64,000 nt of DNA, taken from Pedosphaera sp. Its GTDB lineage: Bacteria; Verrucomicrobiota; Verrucomicrobiia; Limisphaerales; SXQI01. Under the pieces are notes generated by a model that did no database searches, was not told the origin of the DNA, and saw nothing but the letters and a program-made list of their open reading frames with translations. Shown piece by piece: positions 9,567 through 19,664 of the stretch. The translations under genes were made by a program, and so were the position numbers. Location: assembly GCA_025359965.1 (NCBI GenBank), contig JANYDC010000027.1:15-64014 (forward strand), written 5' to 3'. Position 1 is the first letter of the stretch, and each line of letters begins with the position of its first letter.

Positions 9567-10027
9567 GCTTCGACAGACTCGCCCGCCATTATCGATGGAT
9601 GGAGTGGCTTCTGGCCGGTGAAAAACTGCAACGGTGCCGGACAGCGTTCCTGACCGTGATCCCGTCCCCCGGCAACATCCTTCTATTGGGTGAGGGAAAT
9701 GGAAGATTCCTCACAGTGTGCCGCGAACGGTTCCCCAACGCTCAAATCACCTGTGTGGACGCAAGTTCGAGGATGTTAGACCAGGCTCGGAGACGCACGA
9801 AGTTGGCAGGACTAAACCACGATGCAATCACGTTTGCTCATGCTGATATCCTGTCGTGGAAACCTTCAGCGGCGGACTCCTATGATCTGGTCGTCACGAA
9901 TTTTTTTCTCGACTGCTTTCCAGCCAGCCAACTCGAAACAATCATTTCCAAAGTAGGCTGTCTGGCATCGAACAAGGCAAGTTGGCTCGTGGCCGATTTT
10001 CAAGTGGCTTCAAAAGGACCGGAGTGA
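9563..10027 (+). CDS. Class I SAM-dependent methyltransferase
   Basis: LLLGEGNGRFL glycine-rich SAM motif I. Acidic motif II VDAS. ATG overlaps the previous stop. Confidence 0.7.
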   Translation: MSFDRLARHYRWMEWLLAGEKLQRCRTAFLTVIPSPGNILLLGEGNGRFLTVCRERFPNAQITCVDASSRMLDQARRRTKLAGLNHDAITFAHADILSWKPSAADSYDLVVTNFFLDCFPASQLETIISKVGCLASNKASWLVADFQVASKGPE

Positions 10028-10244
10028 GCGCGAAGCAAGGTGATTCTTTGGATGATGTACACGTTTTTCTGTAGAGCAACCCAGCTTCCTGCTCGTCAAC
10101 TGACTCAGCCGGATCAGTTCCTGCAAGCAGCCGGTTTTAACCTGGTCCAAAAAGTTCAGTCTGAGTGGGGATTATTGGGCAGCAATTGGTGGAAGCGGAC
10201 CTACGAGCAAATCCAATCACGTTGACCATTTCCACAGCCTCGAA

Positions 10245-11678
10245 TCAGGTTTTGGATGGAATCCTGACTCTAAAACAGGAGCCGGAACCCAGGGTGCTGG
10301 ATGCCTGAATGGCGCCTCCGTGAGCCTCAACAATTGCCTTGCTTATGGCAAGCCCAAGCCCGGTGCCTCCAGTCGCGCCAGTGCGCGATGCGTCCGCACG
10401 ATAGAAGCGCTCAAAAATACGAGCCAAATCCGCCTCGGCGATTCCCGGGCCGTTATCTGTAACAGTAATGACGGCGAATGACGGCTCAGTGAAAGACGCC
10501 ACGCGGACCTCACCGCCACTTCTATTATGAACAATGGCATTGGTGAGCAGATTGGCCATGACCTGCGCCAAACGGTCAGTATCCGCCATGCACGGAGCAG
10601 CTTTAAGATCAACGATAAGACTCACGCCCCGTTCGTCAGCAAAGGGGCGTATGAGATCAGCTGATTCCCGCGTCAAATCGGCAAGATCGCAAGGCTGCTG
10701 CCTAAAGGACTCCTGGCCCGCATCAAACCGGGCCAACTGCAACAATGATTCAATCAGCCGGCGCATCCGCTGTGCGGCGCGCTGACATGTCTCCGCCGTC
10801 GCCTTGTAATCGGCCGCCGTGCGCTCGCGCGCGAGTGTGGTCTGGGTCTGGGATAAGATCACAGTGACTGGAGTGCGAAGCTCATGAGAGGCATCAGAGG
10901 TGAAGCGGGCCTGCTGGGTAAACGCGGCGTCAAGACGAGCGAACGTGGAATTGAGCACCGCCGCCAACTGTCCAAACTCGCTGTCAGTTTCAGTGGCGCT
11001 GATCCGGTGGGAAAGGTCTCCGCCGGCGATTTTGGCAGCTGCCTCGGTAATTTCATGGATCGGGCGAATTGCGCGCGTGGCAAGCCACCAACCCCCGGCC
11101 AAACCCAGCGTCAAAACCACACCACCAAACAGCAACATCCAGAGCGCAAGCTGGCGCAAACGGCCGATCTCCGGGGCAACTGAACGCCCCACCAGAACAC
11201 ATTCTCCTGGCGGGGTGAACTCATAAAGCTCACGCGAATCGCCCTGCATTCGAAATTGGGATCGGGGCATGCCTCGAAGAAATGGCGGGGGTTGAAACAC
11301 CACTGCAGGCCCATTTTCGGATCGCTTTGACACTACGCCGCCAGGCTCCCAAACGATGAAATAAAACCCATCTTCATTGGCTTCAAAGAGATCGGAAACG
11401 TTTTCCCGGGGCCGCCTGCCTCCAGGCGGAGGAAAACCCCCTTCATCCGGAGGGGGATCCATGCGCAAACCAGGTCGCCCCTCAGGCCTTCCTCCACGAG
11501 GAGGGGGACGAAGCGATTCCGACAGCAGCCTCAAACGATGTTGCAGCCCCTGGTCAACTCGTCTCATTTCATCGCCTTGCTGAAGCCGGTGGGCCGTGAA
11601 GCCAAACCCCGCCAGCACCAGCACCAGAATAAGTCCGTGCCAGATCTGCAACCGCCAACGTATGGAATGAAAGATCAT
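10245..11678 (-). CDS. Sensor histidine kinase (2 TM, periplasmic loop, HAMP, HisKA, HATPase_c)
   Basis: H-box SHELRTPVT, N/G boxes (NLLTNAIVH, TGLGLAI). Periplasmic loop is Pro/Gly/Arg-rich (PPPRGGRPEGRPGLRMDPPPDEGGFPPPGGRRP). Confidence 0.9.
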   Translation of the reverse strand: MIFHSIRWRLQIWHGLILVLVLAGFGFTAHRLQQGDEMRRVDQGLQHRLRLLSESLRPPPRGGRPEGRPGLRMDPPPDEGGFPPPGGRRPRENVSDLFEANEDGFYFIVWEPGGVVSKRSENGPAVVFQPPPFLRGMPRSQFRMQGDSRELYEFTPPGECVLVGRSVAPEIGRLRQLALWMLLFGGVVLTLGLAGGWWLATRAIRPIHEITEAAAKIAGGDLSHRISATETDSEFGQLAAVLNSTFARLDAAFTQQARFTSDASHELRTPVTVILSQTQTTLARERTAADYKATAETCQRAAQRMRRLIESLLQLARFDAGQESFRQQPCDLADLTRESADLIRPFADERGVSLIVDLKAAPCMADTDRLAQVMANLLTNAIVHNRSGGEVRVASFTEPSFAVITVTDNGPGIAEADLARIFERFYRADASRTGATGGTGLGLAISKAIVEAHGGAIQASSTLGSGSCFRVRIPSKT

Positions 11679-11680
11679 GC

Positions 11681-12334
11681 TCAGGTCTCTATGGAATAAC
11701 CGTGGCCGCGCCGGGTGATGATGAATTCATGGCCCAGCTTTTTGCGAATGTTGGAGACGTGAACATCCAACAGATTGGAAAGACTGCTGTCATCCTCATC
11801 AAACAAATGCTCGTAAAGAGCCGTGCGCGTGACCACCTCACCCCGATGCAAGGCCAGAAACGCCACCAACCCATATTCCCGCGCGGTGAGTTCAACTACT
11901 GCGCCTGCACGCGTGACAAGCCGGGCGGCCGTGTCGATGCTGACATCGCCGATATCGAGCGTGTTGCAGGTTTGTCCGGCACTACGGCGAATCAGGGCCC
12001 GCAGACGGGCCAGCAATTCATCGAGATCAAATGGTTTGACGACATAATCATCCGCGCCTGTATCAAGACCGCGCACGCGATCCATGGTCCGATCCCGGGC
12101 CGTCAACATGAGCACGGGCGTCTTCTTTGTTTTGCGCAGCCGGGCGAGAAGTTGCCAGCCGTCTAGTTTGGGAAGCATGACGTCGAGGACAATGGCGTCA
12201 TATTCCCAGCTCTCGGCCTTGTGCAGCCCCTCGTCCCCATCAGCGGCAGTGTCGACCGCGTAGCTCTCCTCGCGCAGGGCCTGTGCCAGGCTGCGGAGCA
12301 AATCGGGTTCATCTTCGACAACCAAAATTCTCAT
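11681..12334 (-). CDS. OmpR/PhoB family response regulator
   Basis: MRILVVEDEPDLL receiver start, D in LDVMLP, winged-helix C-terminus ...RRGHGYSI. Stop abuts the kinase start. Confidence 0.9.
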   Translation of the reverse strand: MRILVVEDEPDLLRSLAQALREESYAVDTAADGDEGLHKAESWEYDAIVLDVMLPKLDGWQLLARLRKTKKTPVLMLTARDRTMDRVRGLDTGADDYVVKPFDLDELLARLRALIRRSAGQTCNTLDIGDVSIDTAARLVTRAGAVVELTAREYGLVAFLALHRGEVVTRTALYEHLFDEDDSSLSNLLDVHVSNIRKKLGHEFIITRRGHGYSIET

Positions 12335-12636
12335 GGCATGTGGATCAGAAGTGTAAGGCAAACGCTGGGGATTGCACCAGAACCGACATCATGATCCAGC
12401 AAACCTTAAGGGAAGATGAAGAGATTATTTGCAGCCCGAGAAAATAATCAAAAACATTTTCGAACCTTCACCTTCCCTTAAGGTGGCCCAGCGTAAGGTG
12501 ACGGCGTGATCGAAATTAAACACATCAGAAAAGACTCTGGAAAAACTTGATCACATTGTTTGCGCCTCAACCGGTTTATTGAATGCATCGTGTCGATGCA
12601 GCGGCAGGCGCAAGGACAACGCAGCAATCAGAACCC

Positions 12637-13179
12637 ATGATGAAAATGAAACTCGTCCTCCTTACACTGGCACTCGGGATTTCCGCGAGCCTTCTCACCG
12701 CCCAAGACGCCCCAGCGCGCCCTGATGGACAACGCCCGCCTCCCCCTCGCGAAGGCGGACCCGGTCGCCAGGACCGTGAACATCGAGGGCCTGGCGGACC
12801 TGAAGAGGATCGTCGCGGCCCGGGTGGCCATGATGGCCCCGGAGGCCCGGAAGGTGATCGCCGAGGACCGCGTCCCCCGATGCCTCTCCTCGTCGCACTG
12901 GACTTGAATCACGACGGAGTCATTGACGCTGAGGAGATCGCCAAAGCCAGCGAGTCCTTGAAGAAATTGGACAAAAACGGCGACGGCAAACTAACCCCGG
13001 ATGAAATACATCCGCCCCGTCCCGGCGGACGAGGAGGACCCGGCGGCCCCGGACCTGATGGTCGCCCTGAAGGTCCTGGTCCACGGCATGACGATCGACC
13101 ACGCCATGAAGGTGGCCCCCGAGGGGACGATGCACCGCGCGGGGAAGGACGCCCACCCCGCCCTGCTCCAGAAAACTAA
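12637..13179 (+). CDS. Secreted EF-hand calcium-binding protein with Pro/Gly/Arg-rich low-complexity flanks
   Basis: MMKMKLVLLTLALGISASLLTAQD signal peptide. Two EF loops DLNHDGVIDAEE and DKNGDGKLTPDE. Flanks are GPGGP/RRGP repeats. Confidence 0.65.
   Translation: MMKMKLVLLTLALGISASLLTAQDAPARPDGQRPPPPREGGPGRQDREHRGPGGPEEDRRGPGGHDGPGGPEGDRRGPRPPMPLLVALDLNHDGVIDAEEIAKASESLKKLDKNGDGKLTPDEIHPPRPGGRGGPGGPGPDGRPEGPGPRHDDRPRHEGGPRGDDAPRGEGRPPRPAPEN
12700..13170 (+). repeat. GC-rich low-complexity coding repeats (ggaccc/ggcggccc/cgaggacc codon runs)
   Basis: Repeated GGPGGP / DRRGPGG / GPRP coding units visible in the DNA. Generates many overlapping shadow ORFs on both strands. Confidence 0.6.
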
Positions 13180-13393
13180 GCATCCCGAGTCGAAAGGCGC
13201 GTCAGCCATGACGCTGCCTTCCGGGAAGCTAATGATGCGCCGAACCACTCGCGCCCACGGGTGGTTTCGGGGCATTTTTGCCCCCCCCGGAGCACGCCAA
13301 ACAAACAGCATTTGGCACCCAGCCTGCTGCAACAATGAGGTTGCCAAAATAGCGAAAAAGCGAAGAATTAAACTGTACCGAGATTGCAAACCA

Positions 13394-16300
13394 ATGATTG
13401 AACGCCTGAATGATCCGCTTCGTCCGAGGGCGGGATGGACTACGACTCCGAACTTACGACTCTGGATGCAGTTGACCTTGTTAGGCGTGCTTTTGCTGGT
13501 TGGGCTTGGAGGAAGTGCTCTTGGACATCCAATCATTTCTGAATTTCTCGCCAGCAATACCCGAGGATTGCTTGATGAAGACCGGCAAACCAGCGATTGG
13601 ATTGAATTGTATAATCCCACCTTCGCATCGATCGACCTAGGCAACTATGCACTGACTGATACCGCCGGCGATTTGCTTAAATGGAAATTCCCATCAACAA
13701 ACCTGGCGTCAGGTCAGTTTATGGTGGTCTTTGCCTCAGGCAAGAACCGCCGGATAACGGGGCAGCCTCTCCATACTAGCTTCAGTTTGGCTGCCACGGG
13801 GGAGTATCTTGCGCTGACCACAATTGACGAAACGACCATCGTTTCTGAGTTTGGGCCGGTTTACCCCGCGCAATCACCGGATATATCCTATGGATGGATT
13901 GGCAGCACCAACGAGCTGGCCACATTTTTTAATCCCCCCACACCTGGCCAACCCAATCCAATGGTCCCCTTTGAGACTGCGGCGAACGTAGGGTTCTCCC
14001 TGCCAAGTGGGGGGTACGCCACCAATACCACAGTGATTCTTTCCAGCTCAGAAACCAATGGGTTCATTCGATTCACGATCAATGGTACAGAACCCAAGGC
14101 CACCTCGCCGGTATATGTCAACCCCTTGCAAATCTTCAAAACCACCGTGGTCAGGGCCCGCGTTTTTGCGCCCGACAAGGCTCCAGGCCCACTCCGCTCG
14201 GAAACCTACCACTTGATTGAACCCGGGCTGGCGTCGTTCTCATCGAACCTGCCCCTGCTCATCCTCAGCACTTTCGGCGCTGGAGTTAGCGAATCAACCA
14301 AAACAATCACATCTTTCACATTGGCCGAACCGCGCAAAGATACGGGTCGAACAACCCTTACAAGCCCGGCAACAGCGGAAGGACGTGGAGTGATCAAAGT
14401 GCGTGGCAGTAGTTCATTGCAGTTCCCAAAACACAGCCTCGCCTTTGAGATTCAGGATGAGTTCGGCGCCGACCGTAAAATGTCACTTCTCGGCCTTCCA
14501 GAGGAATCCGATTGGGTTCTCTATGCTCCTTACACAGAAAAGACCCTCATTCGTGACGTTCTGTCGTACGAGCTTTTCGGAAAGATGGGCCACTACAGTG
14601 TGCGAACCCGTTATGTGGAGGTGTTTCTGGACACGAGCGGGAACAAGGTGGCAACCAGCGATTACGCGGGAGTTTATATTTTGGTCGAGAAGATCAAGCG
14701 AGGCAAGGACCGGGTGGACATCCAACAATTATTACCAAGTCACTCGACGCCACCCGAGGTTACGGGTGGATACATCTTCAAGAAGGACCGATTAGACCCG
14801 GGCGACAGCGGATTTTTCACGCCGCAACAACAACTGGCGTTTGTTGAACCCAAGGAGCAGGAGATCACCAAGCCTCAAAGATCATACCTGAGCCAGTTTT
14901 TTGGCAACTTTGAAACGGCTTTGTATGGCGCCAATTTCGCGAACCCCACCAATGGATGGTTAGCATACATAGACGCCTCGTCGTTCATCGACAACCACTT
15001 GCTCGTGGAGGGCACCAAAAACATCGATGGATACCGACTTAGCTCGTACATGTTTAAGGACCGTGACCAAAAACTGAAAATGGGGCCTGCGTGGGATTTC
15101 AACTTGGTCATGGGAAATGCCAATTACCTCAATGGGTGGTTGACCAATGGCTGGTATTACGACGATGTGGGGGACGCGGAGTACCCATGGTATCGACGGC
15201 TCTTTCAGGATCCCAACTTCAAACAAATGTGGATTGATCGATGGGCGGAGTTGCGGGACGGCCCATGGTCGACCACTTCGCTGCTTCGCTCGGTTGATGA
15301 AAAGGCCGCCTACCTCAACGAGGCTCAAGCCAGAAACTATCGCACCTGGCCCATTCTCGGCACCTACGTCTGGCCCAATTGGTACATCGGAAACACCTAT
15401 GCCGAGGAGGTTGACTGGATGAAACAATGGATTGTGGGGAGAATGGCGTGGATGGACGGACAAAACGCGCGACGACCGAAACTGAGCAGAGCCACTGGTC
15501 CTGTGGCCAGTGGTGATTCCGTGCTGCTCTCCGGACCGAGCACCCCTATTTACTTCACCACCGATGGCTCTGATCCGAGGCTGCCTGGGGGAGCCATATC
15601 GCTGAAAGCAAAGATTTATTCCGTAAAATTGACTATTACAAACAATGTGAGGATCGTGGCGCGGGCCAAAACATTAAGTGGATGGAGCGCGCCCCTCGCT
15701 GCCTCATACATTGTTAATCCGTCCCCCCTGATCATCACTGAGATCATGTATCACCCCGCGGTGGCGGACACCGGTTTCATCGAGCTAATGAACACTGGCA
15801 AGGTCCCTCTGCCGTTGGTGGGTTTCAAAATTTCGGGGGGTATTGATTTTGATTTCAACACCAGCGCGATCACCCAAATCCTTCCTGGCGCACGAGTGGT
15901 CGTTGTGGCGAACCTTGCAGCTTTCAATGGCTTTTATGGCAACACCAACAACGTTGCCGGTGTTTACAAGGGCAGCCTTTCCAATTCAAAAGCCCAACTG
16001 ATCCTAACAGGTCCGATGGGTGAACCAATCCTTGATTTCAGCTATGAAGACAATTGGTGCCCCGCCACCGACGGCAAAGGGTTTTCCCTCGTGATCCGCG
16101 ATGAGCAAGGCGACCCGGCCTTGTGGAATCTAAGTAGGGGATGGCGTGCCAGTGGGCTTCCAAACGGCACGCCAGCGGGCACTGATCCTGGCTCCTCTAT
16201 ACCAGAGATCTGGATTAACGAAATTCTCACTCGCAGTACGCCCCCATTCTCGGACACGATCGAGATCTACAATCCGGGCAACTCCACGGCTGATATCAGC

Positions 16301-17815
16301 AACTGGATTCTCTCCGACGAAACCGCCACCACCAACGGGTACGTTTTTCCAGCAGACAGCAAAATAGCCCCGAATGAGTATCTCATCGTGACTGGTGACC
16401 AACTTTCTTCGACCACTGCGACCCGAACCGGGTTCTCCCTCCGTGCCGCAGGCGAAACCGTCTATCTCTGGTCCGCCGACACCAACCATATTCTCACCGG
16501 TTACGCGAACCGTTTTAACTGCCAGGATGCTTTTGAGAATGTTTCCTTTGGTCGGCAAACCAGGTCAGATGGAAAACTGGAACACCCGCCTCAAAAACGC
16601 CCGACGTTTGGGCGCGAAAACTTCGTTCCAAAAGTGGGACCCCTTGTCATCACCGAAATTTTCGCCTCACCCAACGTCCCGGGTCATTCCTTCATCGAAC
16701 TCAAGAACGTCAGCCTAGTGCCCCTGACTCTTGCTCAACCGGGTGATCCCGCGAAGACATGGGAAATCGCAGGGATAGACTTCCAGTTTCCAACCGCCGC
16801 CTTGATACCAGCGGATGGTTTTGCCCTGATCGTAAAAACCAACCCCGCCGGTTTCAGGACGCGCTTTCAAGTTCCTGCCGAAGTCCCCATCTTCGGCCCG
16901 TTTCTTGGCGAATTGAACGCCTTTGGAGAGGAGCTATCTATCCTCCAGCCTCAAGTCCATACAAACTCTCTGGGCGTCACGCAAATATTGAAACCCAAAT
17001 CGGATGAGGTTGCATTTCTTGACAGCAGCGCATGGCCGGGACTTCTTGCCAATGGCGATGTAAATATTGAAAGAGTGTTTTTGACTGGCTACGGCAAAGA
17101 CCCAGCCAACTGGCGTGAACCACCGGGAGGCATTTCTCCTGGCAGATACAATGTCAATGCCGCCAAACTCCCCCCGGCTCTGGTGATCAATTCACCGAAC
17201 CCAGTTTACGATGGAGTGCGAAGCCTCCTTGCTGGATGGGCCTCGCGCGACACCGCTTTGGACGGTGGACCTGTCACGGTTGAATGGAGCCTGACTTCAG
17301 GTCCGGCACCGCTCGAATTTGAAAGCCGCCAAAGTGAATCGACTGTCGCGCGGTTCCGGATCCCAGGAATCTACGACGTCAGATTCTCCGCCTCAGATGG
17401 CTTCACCAACACATCGATTAGCAAAACCATTTCCGTTCTGCCTAATTCGGAGTACCAGCAATGGGCGACATCCATTTTTAACCCAAGCCAGCTGGCTGAT
17501 CCCGTCATCAGCGGCATGACGGCCGATCCCGATTCCGATGGGGCCACCAACGCCGACGAATGGCTCGCCGGAACCGACCCCCTTGATGGCAAGAATTTCC
17601 TTGGGCTCAATTTAGTCTCCGCCTCAGCTAATGGGATTGCTCTTCAATTCCAGGGTCAAACAGGACTCTGGTATGCGGTGCAAAAGCGCGGATTGGTAAA
17701 AGATTCAGAATGGGAAACACTTGCGACTGTGGCAGGCTCCGCATCCGTACAAATTACGGTTCCCGTTCAAGATGCGAGTAGTTATTTTCGAGTCTCCACA
17801 CTCCCGGCCCAATAG
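13394..17815 (+). CDS. Giant secreted protein: four lamin-tail domains, CotH kinase-like domain, PKD-like domain
   Basis: Lamin-tail motifs ISEFLASN...DWIELYNPT, IITEIMYHP...GFIELMNTG, IWINEILT...DTIEIYNPG, VITEIFASP...SFIELKNVS. CotH-like core LPLLILSTFG...VIKVRGSSSLQFPKHSLAFEI...DWVLYAPYTEKTLIRDVLSYELFGKMG. PKD-like TVEWSLTSGPAPLEF. Signal-like MQLTLLGVLLLVGLGGSALG. Start ambiguous (13208, 13394 or 13466, all in frame). Confidence 0.8.
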   Translation: MIERLNDPLRPRAGWTTTPNLRLWMQLTLLGVLLLVGLGGSALGHPIISEFLASNTRGLLDEDRQTSDWIELYNPTFASIDLGNYALTDTAGDLLKWKFPSTNLASGQFMVVFASGKNRRITGQPLHTSFSLAATGEYLALTTIDETTIVSEFGPVYPAQSPDISYGWIGSTNELATFFNPPTPGQPNPMVPFETAANVGFSLPSGGYATNTTVILSSSETNGFIRFTINGTEPKATSPVYVNPLQIFKTTVVRARVFAPDKAPGPLRSETYHLIEPGLASFSSNLPLLILSTFGAGVSESTKTITSFTLAEPRKDTGRTTLTSPATAEGRGVIKVRGSSSLQFPKHSLAFEIQDEFGADRKMSLLGLPEESDWVLYAPYTEKTLIRDVLSYELFGKMGHYSVRTRYVEVFLDTSGNKVATSDYAGVYILVEKIKRGKDRVDIQQLLPSHSTPPEVTGGYIFKKDRLDPGDSGFFTPQQQLAFVEPKEQEITKPQRSYLSQFFGNFETALYGANFANPTNGWLAYIDASSFIDNHLLVEGTKNIDGYRLSSYMFKDRDQKLKMGPAWDFNLVMGNANYLNGWLTNGWYYDDVGDAEYPWYRRLFQDPNFKQMWIDRWAELRDGPWSTTSLLRSVDEKAAYLNEAQARNYRTWPILGTYVWPNWYIGNTYAEEVDWMKQWIVGRMAWMDGQNARRPKLSRATGPVASGDSVLLSGPSTPIYFTTDGSDPRLPGGAISLKAKIYSVKLTITNNVRIVARAKTLSGWSAPLAASYIVNPSPLIITEIMYHPAVADTGFIELMNTGKVPLPLVGFKISGGIDFDFNTSAITQILPGARVVVVANLAAFNGFYGNTNNVAGVYKGSLSNSKAQLILTGPMGEPILDFSYEDNWCPATDGKGFSLVIRDEQGDPALWNLSRGWRASGLPNGTPAGTDPGSSIPEIWINEILTRSTPPFSDTIEIYNPGNSTADISNWILSDETATTNGYVFPADSKIAPNEYLIVTGDQLSSTTATRTGFSLRAAGETVYLWSADTNHILTGYANRFNCQDAFENVSFGRQTRSDGKLEHPPQKRPTFGRENFVPKVGPLVITEIFASPNVPGHSFIELKNVSLVPLTLAQPGDPAKTWEIAGIDFQFPTAALIPADGFALIVKTNPAGFRTRFQVPAEVPIFGPFLGELNAFGEELSILQPQVHTNSLGVTQILKPKSDEVAFLDSSAWPGLLANGDVNIERVFLTGYGKDPANWREPPGGISPGRYNVNAAKLPPALVINSPNPVYDGVRSLLAGWASRDTALDGGPVTVEWSLTSGPAPLEFESRQSESTVARFRIPGIYDVRFSASDGFTNTSISKTISVLPNSEYQQWATSIFNPSQLADPVISGMTADPDSDGATNADEWLAGTDPLDGKNFLGLNLVSASANGIALQFQGQTGLWYAVQKRGLVKDSEWETLATVAGSASVQITVPVQDASSYFRVSTLPAQ

Positions 17816-18005
17816 CAGCCCCCCCCTGCGAAAGCGTGGCTCCATTGGATAGTGGGTTTAACTTCAATTGCGAAAGTATCCGTTTTGGAGACACTCGTAT
17901 TGGCTCCCACATCACAAATTGTCCTGAAATTAAGTTCTCCTAAGCCACAGTTGCACTCCCGCCCCTGATTGTGGCATACCTAGCCCACATGAGTTCGGAA
18001 ATCGT

Positions 18006-18722
18006 ATGACAGCCATAATTCTTGCCGGCGGCAAAGGCACGCGGTTGAAGCCGTTCACCATGACCATCCCCAAGCCACTACTGCCCCTGGGTGATGTTCC
18101 GGTGTTGGAAATCGTTATAGCACAACTTGCAAAAGCCGGGTTCCAGCGCGTCGTATTGTCCTTGGGACACATGGCCCCGCTCTTCACTGCTTTGCTGGGG
18201 GATGGTTCAAGATGGGGTTTGCGTATAGATACCGTCATTGAGGACCAACCTCTCGGCACCGCTGGATCCCTTCGCCTTGTTCAGGATTTATCGGAGCATT
18301 TTCTGGTGATGAACGGTGACCTTCTCACCACGCTCGATTACCGGGGGCTCATGGAACACCACGTCGCCAAGAAATCCTGGGCCACCATAGCGGTCAACCG
18401 CCGCAAGGTTCATATCGATTACGGCGTCATCGTTTCCGATAAATCGGGCAACCTCAGCAAGTATCGTGAGAAACCCACCATCAAATATGATGTGAGCATG
18501 GGGATATATGTATTTTCAAAAAAAGCCCTTCGATTCATTCCGGCAGAAGGCCGTTTTGATGTGCCCCAACTCATGTTGGGAATCAAAGATGCGGGCAAGC
18601 CTGTGCAGTGCTACAAAACCGAATGTTATTGGCAGGATATTGGGCGTTTTGATGATTACCAAGCCGCAAGCGACGATTTCGTAAAAGATCCCAATCGTTT
18701 CCTGTCCGGAACTCATGCGTAA
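18006..18722 (+). CDS. Sugar-phosphate nucleotidyltransferase
   Basis: MTAIILAGGKGTRLKPFT signature G-x-G-T-R-L of NTP_transferase. Confidence 0.85.
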   Translation: MTAIILAGGKGTRLKPFTMTIPKPLLPLGDVPVLEIVIAQLAKAGFQRVVLSLGHMAPLFTALLGDGSRWGLRIDTVIEDQPLGTAGSLRLVQDLSEHFLVMNGDLLTTLDYRGLMEHHVAKKSWATIAVNRRKVHIDYGVIVSDKSGNLSKYREKPTIKYDVSMGIYVFSKKALRFIPAEGRFDVPQLMLGIKDAGKPVQCYKTECYWQDIGRFDDYQAASDDFVKDPNRFLSGTHA

Positions 18723-19650
18723 AATCCTGATCACAGGTGCATCCGGTTTTCTGGGGCGGCATGTATTGGACCGAATCCGCCTTCGCGAGCGCGCCTCCGT
18801 CATCGGAGTGGGGAGATCCATCCCCAGTTTTGCCTCCGATTTTGACCGGTTTGATACGTTGGATTTCCAGCAGCCTGGCGCGGCTTCAGCCCTGATTGAG
18901 TCCATAAAACCTGATTGGATTTTTCACCTGGCTGGCAGCGTGAAAGGAAGCAATCTCGACCTTTATCAGGGAAATCTGATGACCTCCGTTGATCTCCTCG
19001 ACGCAGCGGAAAGCCATTGTCCAAAAGCAAAAATCCTGCTCACAGGTTCGGCGGCAGAGTATGGATTCTCAGCACTGAATGACGGCGTGCCCATCAGCGA
19101 AGAAACGCCGTGCCATCCCGCGGGTTCTTATGCGACTAGCAAGCACGCCATGACGAGGCATGCACTCGACCTCCATGCTCGTCGCGGCATGCATCTCAAT
19201 ATTGTGCGCCCGTTCAATCTGATTGGCGCTGGCATTCCATCGTCCCTTCTGCTGGGCGCAATTCTGGAGCGCGCCAACAAGGCCATCGCCGAAGGTCTTC
19301 CCGGGATCGTAGTGGGCAATCTCGCGCCGGAGCGTGATTTTCTCTCGGTTACGGACGCTGCAGAGGCTTGCGTTCGCGTGATGGAACGCAATATTGATGG
19401 CGAAATAATCAACTTATGCTCAGGCATACCCACTTCAATCCAATGGATGGTCGAGTCGGCGCTGAAGTGTTTTCCTCGAAACCTTGCTTACGAAGTTGAC
19501 CCGTCTCTTGTCAGGGTCAGTGATCCCAAAAGAGTGGTTGGAAACAATGAAAAGGCACGACGACTGCTCGATTTCCAACCAGAGACTCACCTCAACGATG
19601 CACTTCGGTCTGCGTGCGAGTTCGCACTCGCCAATCAAAGGAAAACTTGA
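18715..19650 (+). CDS. NAD-dependent epimerase/dehydratase family protein
   Basis: MRKILITGASGFLGRHV Rossmann GxxGxxG. YxxxK (YATSK). Overlaps the upstream stop by 8 nt. Confidence 0.85.
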   Translation: MRKILITGASGFLGRHVLDRIRLRERASVIGVGRSIPSFASDFDRFDTLDFQQPGAASALIESIKPDWIFHLAGSVKGSNLDLYQGNLMTSVDLLDAAESHCPKAKILLTGSAAEYGFSALNDGVPISEETPCHPAGSYATSKHAMTRHALDLHARRGMHLNIVRPFNLIGAGIPSSLLLGAILERANKAIAEGLPGIVVGNLAPERDFLSVTDAAEACVRVMERNIDGEIINLCSGIPTSIQWMVESALKCFPRNLAYEVDPSLVRVSDPKRVVGNNEKARRLLDFQPETHLNDALRSACEFALANQRKT

Positions 19651-19664
19651 AAACAGCCATTCTT

